Shown here piece by piece: positions 13,901 to 26,452 of a stretch of 64,000 nt of DNA. The translations under genes and the position numbers were made by a program. Numbering within the stretch: position 1 is the stretch's first letter; each line of letters starts with the position of its first letter. The stretch covers positions 186,001-250,000 of the forward strand of contig MCFH01000068.1 of assembly GCA_002104945.1 (NCBI GenBank). The letters are read 5' to 3'. The DNA is from Piromyces finnis finn. Its lineage: Eukaryota; Fungi; Neocallimastigomycota. The notes beneath the pieces were generated by a model. The model searched no databases, was not told the origin of the DNA, and was given only the letters and a program-made list of their open reading frames with translations.

Positions 13901-16900
13901 TGTGAATTTGAAACTTCAGAAACTACTTTCTTAGGGCATGTTATCTCAGATAAGGGAATCTCTATGGATCCAAAGAAGGTTAAAGCTATTATGGAATGGC
14001 CTGTGCCAACATCTGTTAAAGAAGTTCAGTCGTTTATTGGATTATGTAATTATTATAGAAGATTTATTCCAAACTTTGCTAGTATTGCTAAACCGTTACA
14101 TAATCTAACTAAGAAAGATGTCAATTTTCATTGGCCAGAAGAATGTAATGAAGCTTTTTGTATATTAAAGAAATTCTTTACCGAAGAACCAATTTTAATT
14201 CATGCTGATCCTGAATTACCTTTTGTGGTTGAGACAGATGCAAGTAATTTCGCAATCGGTGCCGTATTATCTCAAAGATTACCGGATAATAACGAGCTTC
14301 ATCCAATTTGTTATTATTCAAGAGGATTGACTAAATCGGAAAAGAACTACCCAATTTATGATAAAGAACTTTTGGCTGTTATTGAAGCTTTGAAACAATG
14401 GAGACATTACTTAGAAGGAGCTAAGCATCAATTTATGATCTACACAGATCATAAAAATCTTACTTTTCCAAGGAAGCCCGAATTATTATCGCAAAGACAA
14501 ATTCGATGGAATTTGTTCTTAACACGTTATGACTTCAAAATACAATATAGACCGGGTAAAGAAGGTGGAAAACCTGATGCTTTCTCAAGACGCCCTGATT
14601 ATGAAAAGGAAAAAATTAATAAAGAAGATGAAGAAGCCTATTCTTGCTTGACAGTTAAAGAAATCGAAGATACTTTATGTCTTGTGTCTATTCAAGGGAA
14701 TCTCAAAGAAGATTTAATTAAAGAAATTAAAGAAGATGAAGAAATTAAGGAGTTAATAAATATTCTACAAGGAAAATCTACCGCAAGTAAGAAGTATAAG
14801 AAGTTAATGAAGAATTTTAAGTTAAGCGAAGAAGGAATTCTTTTGTATAAAAGTTTAATTTATGTACCAAAGAAAATGAGAGATATAATAATCTCAATGC
14901 ATCATGACAATCCAATTCATGGTCATTTTGGTATTATTAAAACAAAAGAATTAATTACAAGAAACTTTGTTTGGATAAACATGACTCAAGATATAGTTAA
15001 GTTTATTGCTTCTTGTAAAGTTTGTGGAGCTGCTAAGGTTGATCGTCATAGACCTTATGGACTTTTACAGCCGCTACCAACTCCGGAAAGACCGTGGTCT
15101 TCTGTTTCTATAGATTTTATAACTGATTTGCCAAAGTCAAAGGAAAAAACAGTTATAATGGTTGTTGTGGATAGATTAACGAAGATGGCTCATTTTATTC
15201 CGTTTAGAATGGTTCCGACTGCTCAAATCGCCGCTGATGTATTCTTTAGAGAAGTTTTTCGTTTACATGGTCTACCTGATGAAATAATATCGGATCGAGG
15301 AACCCAATTTACTTCTGAATTTTGGCAAAGATTATGCACTTTGTTGAACATTAAGCACAATATTTCGAGTGCTCACCATCCTCAAACAGACGGGCAGACT
15401 GAACGTGTAAATAGTATATTAGAACAATTTCTTAGATGTTACATTAACAAAAGAAAAGATAACTGGATGAATCTTCTGCCTTATGCCGAATTTGCGTATA
15501 ATAATACACTTCAGCAATCTATAAATCAAACTCCATTCTTTGCAAATTATGGGCAAAATCCAAGATTTAATACCGATATTCCTGCTGATAGTGACAACAG
15601 AAGAGCTAACAGGCACGCCTCTCAGATGCAAGATAATATTAAATTTTTAAAGAAGAACTTAGAAAAAGCCAAGGAAAGATATAAGAAGTATGCCGATTGT
15701 ATTAGACTTATTCGACCAAAGTTAAAGGTTGGTGACCTAGTTTGGTTAAAGCGTCCTGATTTACTTCCGAAAGGGCCTCCAAAACTAACAAATAAGAAAC
15801 TTGGACCATTTAAGATTATTGAAAAAACAGGACCCGTTTCTTATAAATTGGAACTACCAGAAAGTCTAAGATGTCATCCCGTTTTTCACATTTCGAACTT
15901 AGAACCTTTTGTTGAAAGAGAAGTTGAAGTGAATGAATCATCTTCTAGAATTCCAAACATTGCTACTGATTCTACTGAAGGAAGAATTCCATTGAAGATT
16001 GTTAGTGAAAAAGTTGTTAATGGAACTAAGTACTACTTTATGGTTTGGAAAAGTTTATTACCTTCAGAAAGTACATGGATTAGAGAAGATGAAATCGAAG
16101 ACCCTCAGTTGATCCAGGAATACCTTAAACATAAGTCGCTCAGGGGCTCGACTTAAGAAGAGGGGCATGTAAAATATTGTATTAATAGAATAATGTATTT
16201 AATACGTATTTAAAATAATGTATAATGTATTAAATTAATGTACCGTAAAATTTCATAAAATTTATATCACAATACATTAACATAAATTTATGTAAATTTT
16301 ATTTTTTAATTACAAAAATTTATATCACAATACATTAACATAAATTTATGTAAAATTTAATTTTATGATAAGATAAAGTTTTTGATGATAAAATAAAATT
16401 TTAAATTAAATAAATTTTAACCAATAAATATTTTAGATAAAAAAAAAATTTTTTATAAACTAAACCTCAAAATTAGAAATAAATAAATTGAATATATGTT
16501 TGAAATATAATCAACCATATAGTAAATAAATCAAAACTTTATTTTAAGCTTAGAAAATTCTTTAGTAAATAGATTGAATTTAAATAGTTTAATACAAATA
16601 ATTTCTTTTAATAAATGTATAAATGTAAACAATGTAAAATTATAATATTAAAATATATATATTAGAATTTATTCAATTTATTTAAAAAGTATAAATAAAG
16701 AAAATTTTTCAACTATTGAAACGATAGTTGGAAAATCGTATAGGTTAATTTTGTTTAGATAAATTAACATTAGTTTATAATTAGTTTAGTTGTTTTTTTT
16801 TTAATAATAAATATTGATTACCTAGTGAGGGCTCTGGTAAAATATCCTTCACGGTAAAGTAATCAACGGATGTTTTAGTTTAGTTATTTTAAAATAATTT

Positions 16901-16992
16901 AATAAATAAAATATAAAAAATTAAAATAATTTAAAGTGTAGTTTAGAATATTGAGTGTATACAAACCTGAACTTAGTTTAGAATATTTTACA
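10969..16992 (+). mobile_element. Element D: chromovirus with inverted termini (5' end is the reverse complement of R-U5; normal 3' LTR 16168-16992), TSD CTGAA
   Basis: 10969-11250 is the reverse complement of 16726-16992. CTGAA at 10964-10968 and 16993-16997. PPT AAGAAGAGGGG before 16168. Confidence 0.9.
11674..16156 (+). pseudogene. gag-pol: D gag-pol (gag, CCHC, PR, RT, RNase H, integrase, chromodomain-like), with two frameshifting deletions in gag
   Basis: Homologous to the single ORF of E. A 1-nt loss near 11833 and a deletion near 12320 break the frame. Motifs LVDSGS, YIDDIL, ETDAS, SDRG, GPF. Confidence 0.9.
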
Positions 16993-17001
16993 CTGAACTA
17001 C

Positions 17002-17406
17002 TGTAACGAATCATAGAAATTAGTAACCAGTCTTAGTGGTTAGTAACTAAGACCTTGGTTTGGATTACTCGAGTTCGAATCATCATTAATCCTTTTTTAT
17101 TAAATATTAAAATATTTTTACAACAAAATTTTATCAAAAAAGAAAATTTCTGATTGGACTAAAAAATTAAGTTGTAAAATTTTTGTAAATTTAATTTTAA
17201 AAATTTTTATATAAATACGAGTGAAATTTCCTTAAACATTTTTTAATTCGAGTTTTTATTAACAAAAATTTTTATAATAAAAATAAAATTATTAAACACT
17301 AACCTGTTATAATTTTGTTAAGTGTTCAATAATAAAAATTTTATTTATTTTTATTTTTTCCTTTTATATATTTGTGTTTTTATTTATTGAACATTAGTTC
17401 TTTACA
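17002..17406 (+). mobile_element. Family-B solo LTR, TSD ACTAC
   Basis: TGTAA...TTACA termini. ACTAC at 16997-17001 and 17407-17411. Confidence 0.92.
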
Positions 17407-19736
17407 ACTACGTTCATTTTTAGGTATGACTAGTTATTACAGAAATTTTATTGAAAATTATTCTGCTATTGCAGCTCCTCTTTGCAAATTATTAAAGAAG
17501 AAAATTAAATATGAATGGACAGAAATTCAAGAACAAAGTTTCAGAAATCTGATATATTGCCTAGTTAATGCACCAATTCTTTGTTTTCCTAAATTTGATG
17601 TTCCTTTTATAATTAGATCTGATGCTTGTGGATATGGAATTGGTGGTGTTTTACTACAGTTATATGATGACAATATTGAACACCCAGTTTATTTTGTTAA
17701 TAGAAGTATTAAGAAATCAGAAGAAAATTATACCACCAATGAATTAGAAGGTGCTGCTGCTTATTATTGTCTTTTACAATTTGAGTCATATATTCTAGGG
17801 AATCCATTTCAAACTATTCTTTATACTGACCATGAACCTTTAGATCCCATCATTAAGAAAGGAGAACCGAATACGAAAAAACATCAACGCTGGTGTGATA
17901 AATTTAGTCAATTAAAAGTTAATATTATTTATCAACCAGGAAAAACTAATAAAATTGCTGATGCTTTATCCAGAATAACTTTGAAAGAGAACTTAATTGT
18001 TAACACTACTATTTCTAATGGTAATGACAATAATAATAAAGATGAGAATAATAGTAGTATTAATAAGTTTAATGCTAATAATTTGGATAATTTGGAAATT
18101 AATAATAATAATAATGATAAAAACAATAATAATAATAATATCAACAATATCGATATTTCCAACAAAACCAATAGTTCCAATTTTACCGAGGAGGAGAACG
18201 AAAAATTTGTTTCCGATTTTATGAAAAAATTTTTAAATGATAAAATTGTCACTATTGACAATAAATTATATTTCAAAGATAATAATAATTTTAGGGAGAT
18301 TATTGATAACCCTTACACTAAAATTAAAATAATTGCAAAAGAGCATAGAATTGGACATGAAGGAGTACAGAAAACTTATGAAAGAATCAAAAACAAATTT
18401 TATTGAAAAAATTTAATCATTGATGTAAAAAAATATGTCTCCTTATGTAAAATATGTCAGTTAAATAAATCTGAGCCATTACCAAAGCCGACAGAAAAGT
18501 TTAGAACACCTGTAGAAGCACCCTTTGTTAGACTTGGTCTTGATATTATAGGTCCATTAAAATAAACCACACTTGGGAATAAATATATAATGGTATGTGT
18601 GGACTATTTTACTAAATGGGTGGAAGCAAAACCAGTTAGAACTACTAATTCTCAAGAAGTAACTAATTTCTTAGTTGAAGTATTTAGTAGGCATGGAACT
18701 CCACAATTAATAATAACAGATAATGGTGTACAATTTGTTTCAGAGTACACAAAAATATTTGTAGATCTTTATGATGTATACATTCATTTCATTAGTACAT
18801 ACTATCCAGTATCTAATGGACTGGTGGAAAACAGAAACAGAGAAATTGGTAAGCAATTAAAAAATTTCTTTGATAACAATGAAAACTGGGATTTATTGTT
18901 ACCAATTGCATTATGGGCTATTCGAACTTGTAAATCTGTTTCTACTGGTTATTCAAGTTTTGAACTCTTGTATGGAAGATCAGAAAATATTCCAATTGAT
19001 ATTAATATAAGAAATTCAATATTAAGTATAGAAGAAAGATCAATAGAAGAATTATTAATGGAAAGATTTATAGACCACGCCAAATGGGTAAAACAAGCTG
19101 CCAGTAAAATGCTAGGGACGATAAACTATTGGAAAAGTAGAAGATTAGCTCAACAAAGTATGAACAATAAAAATAATTATAAAATAGGGGATAAGGTAAA
19201 GATTAGGAACCAACAAAGAAACAAGTTAGAACCCTATTTTATCGGACCTTTTATTATTAGAGAAATATCTTGGAACACATCTAAATTACAAGATGAACTG
19301 ACGGGACAATATTTTGAAAGAAATGTCCATTTTAAAAATATATTACCATTCAGGGAGTAGAAATAAAATGAAATAAAATTATAAATGCATTGAAATATAT
19401 ATATATACTAACTATATAAGTATATAATTATAATAATAAGTAAGAAGAAAATTGATAACTTAGTAGATTAATAATTATATTAATTATTAATAATAATAGA
19501 AAGATATATACATATATATATAAAAAAAACAAAAAAAAATTTAAATATAAAAATTTTTATAAAAATTTTTAATTATTTTATATATAATTATAAAAATATT
19601 TCAATATAAATTTTATTAAATTATTTCGCATATATTTAATAAAATTTTATAATTAATTTTATTAAATATTAATTTATTATTTAATAATTAATAATTAATT
19701 ATTAAATAATCTAAAGATATATATTATATCTTTACA

Positions 19737-22094
19737 GCGAGAGAACTAACTTTTTCAATTATTTCAAATGGACCAAGCATTTGAGGTGCTAGTTTCTTCT
19801 TCAAGTTAGTTCCAGGAGAATCTTTCAATAACCATACCTTCATTCCCACTTCGAATTCGAATTCCGGGGGACTCATTCTTTTCATATCACTATATTTCTT
19901 ATGTGTTTCTTTTGCTTTTTCTAAGTTTTCTTTTAATAATTTAAAGTTTTCATTCATATCAATTACTCTTTGTTCAGCTCTATAGATGAGTTTAAAGTCA
20001 AATCTGGATAAGAACAAATTCCATCTAATTTGTCTCTGAGATCTGAGATAACATTTCAGGTTTTCTAGGAAATGTTAAGTTCTTGTGATCGGTATAAATT
20101 ATGAACTGATGGCATGCACCCTCTAAATAATGACGTCATTATTCAAGAGCAACTATAATAGCTAAAAGTTCCTTGTCATATATGGGATAGTTTCTTTGAC
20201 AACTTGTCAAACTTTTAGAAAGAAATGCAATATGATGTAATTTGCCTTCAAATTCTTGAGAGAGAATAGCACCGACAGCATAATTACTAGCATCAATTTC
20301 TACAATAAATTGTTTATTACTGAACCTCTTTAACATTTTTTGGAACCGGCCAATCGAGAGTTGCTTTAATTTTATTCTCATCCATTTGCAACTCATCCTT
20401 TGAAATGATATAACCAAGAAAAGTAGTTTTCTTAACATCAAACTCACATTTTTCTAATTTAACATAAAGATTATTTTCAAGTAGTTTCTTAAGTATCTTT
20501 TTAACATGTTCATGATGTTCTTCGATATTATTAGAATAAATAAGAATATCATCAATATATGAGATAACAAAATCATCTAAATAATCACCAAGAACATCGT
20601 TACTGAAGTGTTGAAAGGTTCCAGGTGTATTTTTCAATCCAAAAGGCATAACCAGATATTCAAAATAACCATACTAGTACGAAAAGCCGTTTTGTATTCA
20701 TCACCTTCTTTAATACAAACAAGATTATAAGCGGATTTAAGGTCTAATTTGGTAAAAATCTTAGCATTTTTCACCCTATCCAAAAAGTCACTAATTAAAG
20801 GTAAAGGATATGAATTACGAATTGTAATATCATTCAACCTTCTATAATCAATACAAAGTCTTTAGGAACCGTCCTTCTTTTAACAAATAAAATTGGGGCA
20901 CCAGCAATTATTTCCTAATAAAACCTTTATTTAAATTATCATCTATATATTTTTTAAGTTCCTCTCTTTCAACTTCAGTTAATGGATACAAAGATCCATA
21001 AAACAAAGTTGAATCATCTTTAAGTTTGATTTCACAATCATAAGGTCTATGAGGAGGTAACACTTCACAATTTTTTTCATTAAACACTTCACTAAATTCT
21101 AGATATTGGGTTGGTACGGCGACCAATTTATCTTTATTAATATCTTTTTCATTATTATTATTATTACTACATGATTCATTATCATTATTACATGTTTCAT
21201 TAATTTTTGTTACAATACATTTAACTTTTTTGTTAAAACTAATATATTCATCATCGCTATCATCTTCATCATTAATGGTTCTAACAAGGCGACCTTTAAC
21301 ATATTCTTTTTCTTCATGGTTTGGGATGGAGGGATCTACTTTCGGTTTTTTGGTTAAACTTCGGTCGAGAACATCATGATCTAATTGATCATTCTTGGAC
21401 TTCTTTCTTGGTTTTCTCTTTCTTTTGCCTTTATTACAATGTCTGGCACAATAATCAGAACTAAAAGCGATTTTCTTAGAGTCGTAGAAAGCATTTGGAT
21501 TATGCTTCTTTATCCACGGCAAACCAATAATAACATCAACACCGGGGACTTGTAATCCATAAAGTTGAATTACTTCGAAGTGATTTTTTCAACGGAGTAT
21601 GCACTTCTCAGTCCTTTCCCAAACACTAACAACTCCATCACTAACACCTGAAACACAGAATGGTTCTATTTTTTCCAAATTAATACCAAGGTCTTCAGCA
21701 AGACTTGGATTAATGAAATTCAATTCAGAACCGGAATCAATTAAAACCTTAATTTTAACTTCCGAAACTTCATTGGTACTCAAGTAAAAGTCCACAAGGT
21801 TTAAATCACTTTTCACTCCCTTGACTCCAACTTTGTAAATTTTTGGATTAACAATTTTTGGAGTCCTTTCTTTCACAATTCTTAACACTTTTCTGGGCTT
21901 TACTCTATTAGGACAATTAAATTTTAAATATCCCGTCTGTTTACAAAGAAAATATAATCCTTTTTTCTTTTCTTCTTCAAAGTTGTCTATGTTTTCATTG
22001 TAATTTTTACTTGATCCTTGGATGTTCACATACCTTTTACATTTATTTTCTCTACTAATCCTGAATACATCCACATCCATAGGATCATTAGCCC
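19737..22094 (-). pseudogene. Element H: truncated, internally deleted F-family copy
   Basis: Highly similar to 39550-43105 but with stops, frameshifts and two internal deletions. Cut on the left by a ...TCTTTACA terminus at 19736. Confidence 0.9.
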
Positions 22095-22232
22095 TTTCCA
22101 TTATAAGTGATTTTATAGCTTTTTGTTTTATTTAAATATTTAAAAATGTTCATTACTTTTTTCCAGTCACTAACAGTAGGATTTTCTGAATTTCTAGCTG
22201 CTTTTCCAACTGAAAAAGGTATATCAGGTCTA
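22095..22232 (-). mobile_element. Ty1/Copia RT C-terminal fragment
   Basis: RPDIPFSVGKAARNSENPTVSDWKKVMNIFKYLNKT resembles the Copia RPDI...P....W..VKRIL.YL..T motif. Confidence 0.75.
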
Positions 22233-24256
22233 TCACTATTTTCATTTTTACCAAGATCTTTCCTTATCAGTGGCATCAATGTAAACATACATAGCCTTAC
22301 ATTCTGCTATATTGTCTATTGCCTTTTCAACTAAATAAGTAATACTATTACCTGAAATAATAGGATTAATAATATTAGCATACTTTTCACTTTCACTACT
22401 TCCAGCATCAATATATACTTCAGCTGTAGAATATAATGGAACTGATTCAAGAGGAGTACAACCACCAGATTCCATACATTTTATGACATTTTTAAATATC
22501 TTACTATTTGAGTCATAACTAGTTCCATCTAAGAAAGCATGTCTTTGAACTCCATCAATTAGAGTTGATGTACAAACATCATCTGAATTAAAACATATAA
22601 TTATATTTTTAGAGGCATCTTCACCTTCATTAGCATCAAGAAAACCTATATTTTGTGCTAATATAGAATCAGCAGCAACTTGAGCATTACCTTTATTCAA
22701 GGATTTACATGTACCTTCAGTACAAGCAATTATATTTCCTGAAGTTCCGAAATCTATATAACCATAACCTGCCTTTTTTTCACCATCAACTTCTTCACAT
22801 TTATTTCCGTCATCACCATAGGTACACTTAATTACCTTGGAAGTATCCTTTCCACCTAAAAAGTAATAATTACCTTCTTCTTCAGTCATTCTTTCAGCAG
22901 CAACAGCAGCAAATTCACATTTTTTTGAATCGTCATGTTCACATAAAATTAATTTAGAGTATTTTCCACCAGCATCTATACCAGAAGCATCTAAATAATG
23001 ACCTTCCCCAGTAGGTTTTTGCACTGTACAAGATTTATCCTTACACTCAAACAATTAAATTGGTTTGTTTTCTGTTGAGGTTAATTCACCATGAAGATAA
23101 TAACCATTTTTTTGTTCATACACTTCTTTACATTGATTAGCAGTTGAACAATCAATTAATTTTTTTACCTCTGTATCAGTTTTTCCATCACCATTTGTGT
23201 AAAAACCTAGAACAGTAGGTTCAACTACAATAGTACATTTTCCACTTTCATTACAATTAATTAATTTTTTATAATATGAACCTGTTGTGTCAAAATCTTC
23301 CCCGCTAACATAATAACTGGATTTTGAAGGACCTTCCAACTTTGAGCATTTTTTATTAGAATCACAATAAATTAAATTACTATATGTATTACTTTAAAAA
23401 TCTTCACCACTCAAATAATAACCTGAATTCAAATTTGCAATTCCTACTTTTGAACATGTATTAGAAGAACACTTAATTAAATCATTATATTTATTATTTT
23501 CAAAATCTTCCCCACTTAGATAATAACCATCATTTGCATTTGTTAATGCTTTCAAAGAAGGTGAATCACCAACATAGCTATATAATTTATTTGTTGTATC
23601 TGCTGTTGTTGAAGGAAGGTAATATCCCTTTTTTGGAGTTGACGATGCTTTACAAGTTCCGGCTGTACATAAAAATAAAAATTGTTTTTCTGAAATCATA
23701 AAATATCCTTCCTTAATTTGAATATACGTTGAAGGACCAGTTGCAACAGTACCCGCAACACAATTATATAATACACCTACTGAATTATTTGAAATAGTAA
23801 CCTCACTACTACTATCAACTTTAAATTGTTTTAGTGCATAGCCTGTAATTGGTTCACATGAGCCATCAGGATTTGCTTCATTGGTTGTTGCTTTTAATTT
23901 ATATATCTTATCAGTACTTAAGCAATAACCAAATGAAGTTAAACTCGTTCAACTATCAGGAACACCATCATCAACACAAGCTGTTAAAGCTATAATCATA
24001 ATTAAAAATCATTTAATTCTAATACTACTACCTAGTAATACTCTTTAATTAAATTTTATCATTACCTGCATTAATAGCATCACCTCCACCTTCACCTTGA
24101 CCAAGTACACTTTTTGAAAGGGACAATAAAACTAAATATTGTAATGACAACCTTTTTTTAAATCATTTATGTTAAATTTTTGTTTTGTTAATTTTTTATC
24201 ACATATACATAATATAAATGTTTTATTTTTTTTTAAAAAAAAATAATACTTACCAT
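22233..24256 (-). pseudogene. Cys-rich repeat secreted protein, fungal scaffoldin-like; pseudogene
   Basis: ATG at 24256 followed by a GTAAGT donor; signal-like KRLSLQYLVLLSLSKSVLG exon; repeated GYYL...LIxC....C units. In-frame stops near 23950, 23394 and 23055; 3' end lost at the Copia fragment. Confidence 0.7.
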
Positions 24257-26405
24257 TTTATTCTTTTTGATATTAACATTTTGAATTACTATTATTTTAA
24301 AAGATAATTTAAAAAATGTACATTTATTAATTATTTTAGGATAATAAAGATATTCAAAATGACTTTTAAATTTTATTATTTAGGGTAAAATTTTTTTTTA
24401 TTCTTTTTTAAATTACTAAAAACCTAGTTATTTGGATAAAATACCATAATAATAAATGTTTTATGGATTATTTTCTTTCATTATTTCAATTAAAAAAGCT
24501 TTTTTTAATTTAAGTGAATTCTTTTTTTAAATTTAATTGTAAACTTTTTTAGAGGTTCTTTTGAAAAATAAAAAATCAAAATACCTAACCCTAATCAAAA
24601 CAATTTTAATTTTACTAGTTATGTTTTTTTTTTTAAAAAAAACATTAATAACAATTGTATTGCTGTTTAATAGTTTTGTTGTGTCATTACTTTTTTTTAT
24701 TATTAAATAATAATTACTCTTTTAAAGGAATACAAGTGTAAAAAATATTGCTACTATAATTATGATTTTTAATGCTTTTTTTATCATAAACTCAACTGTA
24801 AAATGTTTTACATATTCCTTTACTCTACATTATTAATACATATAATATATTATATATTTGTTTTGTTTATAATTATGTAAAGTGTTATTCTTTTCTACGT
24901 TAATCCTTTATTTAAATATTATAAAAGTATAATAATATTTAAAATGAATCAAAGCATAATAAAATTTATTAGTTTTAATAGCTTTTTCTAATTCGAGATA
25001 TCAGCAATAATTTATAAACTAACAAATAATTTGATAAATTACTGTTATACATGCCAGCTCTTTTTTTTTATAGTAATATTAAAAAATTACTTAAAGTTTC
25101 TAAACCTAATTGCAGCTGAATTATTTTATTATTACGCAAAATTTAAAATAAATTATTATTAAAAGTTTATGTACCACTTAATTACAATAGAAATAACACT
25201 ACTACAAGAATCTCCACCTTTAATTACTGCATATTTAATTTATAAACAAGAAAAAAGAAAAAGAGTTAAAGAATTTTTCATTCTTTTTTACTTTTGACAA
25301 TCCTAAAACAATAATATTATATTTTTATTTTGATAATTAAAAACTATAATTTTTATTGTTTTTTCAAACTTTAAAAATTTGTTTTGTATAAATTTCTTAA
25401 AAAAAAGTTAGTATTTAGTAAAATGTTATGTTTTATATTCATTAAGAATAAAATAAAGTGTATAAAATGATACTCGGAAAACAAAAAAGGTAAATTTAAA
25501 AATATTGATTATTGAAGATTTCAACTAATTTGATTTTATTATTAAAAATTGTGAATGTACAATTAATTTTCCAATATTAATTCATTCAAATAAAATAAAG
25601 CCCTAATTAGATTGTTGATTATTAATTTAAAAGCAGAAAAATAAATTTGTTTTAATGGTGTTAAAATAAATATTAAAGATTAATTTTAAATGGAATTGAA
25701 AATCTTTAGTAATGTATCAATCTTGAATGTTAATAATACGACTAATAAAATAATAAAATTATTCTTTAAAATTATTAAAAAAGTACTTTATACTAAGAAA
25801 AAAAAAACATTTTGAATATAATTTAACATGATTTAATTTAAGATTATTAAAATATTTTTTAATATTAACTGAAAAATAAATATACTTTTATTATGGATAA
25901 TATTAAATCTATATTATTTGTTTATATTTGTAAAATATTGTATTAGTTAAATGTATTAGTTAAATAATGTATTTAATACGTATGTAGATCAATGTATAAT
26001 GTATTGAATTAATGTACCGTAAATTTTACAAAAATTTACATCACAATACATTAACATAAATTTATGTAAATTTAATTTTATGATAAGATAAAGTTTTGAT
26101 GATAAAATAAAATTTTAAAATTAAATAATTTTTAACCAATAAATATTTGAGATAAGAAAAAATTTTTTTTATAAACTAAGCCTCAAAATTAGAAATAAAT
26201 AAATTAAATATATGTTTGAAATATAATCAACCATATAGTAAATAAATCAAAACTTTATTTTAAGCTTAGAAAATTCTTTAGTAAATAAATTGAATTTAAA
26301 TAGTTTAATACAAATAATTTCTTTTAATAAATGTATAAATGTAAACAATGTAAAATTATAATATTAAAACATGTATATTAGAATTTATTCAATTTATTTA
26401 AAAAG

Positions 26406-26452
26406 TATAAATAAAGAAAATTTCTCAACTATTGAAACGATAGTTGGAAAAT
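26406..26452 (+). promoter_or_regulatory. E LTR TATA box (26406) and predicted TSS / self-primer (26442-26452)
   Basis: TATAAATA lies 36 nt before AGTTGGAAAAT, which is complementary to the PBS at 26753-26763. Confidence 0.7.

Larger units (their letters stand above)
7312..19361 (+). pseudogene. pol: Element C: decayed Ty3/Gypsy gag-pol (no chromodomain seen), split by insertions X, D and B
   Basis: Asn-rich gag with CHEPGHIARFC knuckle, protease-like IFIDACS, RT (WRLCIDFRKLN...YSDD), RNase H (SDACGYGIGGVL) and integrase (CVDYFTKW...TDNG). The frame VAS|IKEMNPPRDISE|L|RSFLGM is restored when the three insertions are removed. Several stops and frameshifts. Confidence 0.88.

Noticed and set aside
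10969-16992. Element D as a DIRS/tyrosine-recombinase element
   Set aside because: It encodes a DDE integrase with chromodomain, has a PPT and a 5-bp TSD, and has no recombinase ORF.
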